DNA of 64,000 nucleotides, taken from Negaprion brevirostris (lineage: Eukaryota). The stretch's first letter is position 1. Each line of letters opens with the position of its first letter. Shown in pieces: positions 63,083-64,000 of the stretch. The position numbers and the translations under genes are program-made. The stretch covers positions 50,873,474 through 50,937,473 of the forward strand of contig JARDVH010000106.1 of the NCBI GenBank assembly GCA_030324005.1, written 5' to 3'. Under the pieces are notes generated by a model. It was not told the DNA's origin, did not search any database, and saw nothing but the letters and a program-made list of their open reading frames with translations.

Positions 63083-64000
63083 TTGAGTGAAGAATAAGGT
63101 CACACATTTGCATCACAATTGAATGGCTGCCAACAATGCTGACATGTAACAAGCTGCTTGTGGCTTATGTAACTAGAAACAAAAATACACATTGCTTCCA
63201 AAAAGGATATCATATATTCTCCTTCCCATGCCATCCTGCTAATATAATGTACCTTTACTTCCTACATAGACACTGATGTCCAATTTCAAATGGAACATTT
63301 ATCAGTTCAAAATATTCAAATATGACCCCAAGTGACTAGCAGACCTTCAAGAATAGTTCATGATCCTGATTATGATCTAGAAAAGCACAGGACTGGACTC
63401 AGCAATAATGTCTTGCCATTGCCAAGTAAACCTGCTGATGTGTGAATCAGAGTTACTTGGGCGAGACGACCAGCTCCACCACAATCATACCCTGCATGAT
63501 TTAAGGATTTTAGACAGGGAAAGGAGCAGGGAGAAGAGGCTAATGAAAAGAATGAATTGCACCAAAATGATTGAAAGGTTTTCCTTCTTTCTTTAAAAGA
63601 AAAAGCAGCAAAAGGGGTGATTAGGGTGTGAGGCACACAAACAGGAGTGAACAGAGCTCCAGCCAAATACTCTGCAAACTCATACGGATACAGTTAAGAA
63701 ATAAAGCAAGTCTTGAAACAATAACTTGTCTGAAACAGCTGAGCAAAAATAGCCTGAAGGAGGAGTGCCGAGGTAACACTGTGAGCTCCAGTTTCACAGA
63801 CAGCTCCCTCTGGTGATGAGGTGAGCACATTGTAACAGCATTTTCAAGCTATTTTCATTAGGAAATATATGGCAACATCTTTAAAGCAATTCCTGTTTTT
63901 CTTTTTAGTGCTCTACTTCTTTGATAAAGATCATTAGTTTTATTATCCTATCTAATTGCATTCTTTGCTTTAGGACTTGGCAAGCCACGTTTTTGGACAT

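Noticed and set aside
39019-64000. Search for the DMD exon 60 equivalent (...LEDLNTRWKLLQ)
   Set aside because: No matching peptide or splice pattern was seen by eye. It is probably beyond the window end or within a gap.

Overview
Eukaryotic, repeat-rich genomic DNA from a cartilaginous fish, most likely a shark (HE1-type SINEs, Deu-domain and LF-SINE-like SINEs, CR1/Rex1/RTE LINEs, Penelope-type ends). The assembly has many N-gaps. The whole window lies inside the dystrophin gene (DMD) on the minus strand. Five exons match human exons 61-65 in length (79, 61, 62, 75, 202 nt), phase and peptide (WW domain and start of the EF-hand region). Intron 62 contains the Dp71-specific first exon, encoding exactly MREQLKG with a phase-2 donor, in a CpG-rich promoter-like island. 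Exons 60 and 66 were not found. The most notable observations are: (i) the conserved Dp71 first exon, with a candidate 37-nt cassette/alternative start just downstream; (ii) 39 non-homologous nt with two stops inside exon 65 next to a gap, probably an assembly artefact; (iii) several decayed minimal hammerhead-ribozyme cores in Penelope-type repeat ends, including a head-to-head inverted pair; (iv) long intronic inverted repeats, a CpG-intact foreign-looking element, CpG-retaining unique segments and candidate CTCF sites. I found no convincing evidence of a wholly new biological system. Repeat family names come from pattern recognition, not database searches, and repeat boundaries are approximate.
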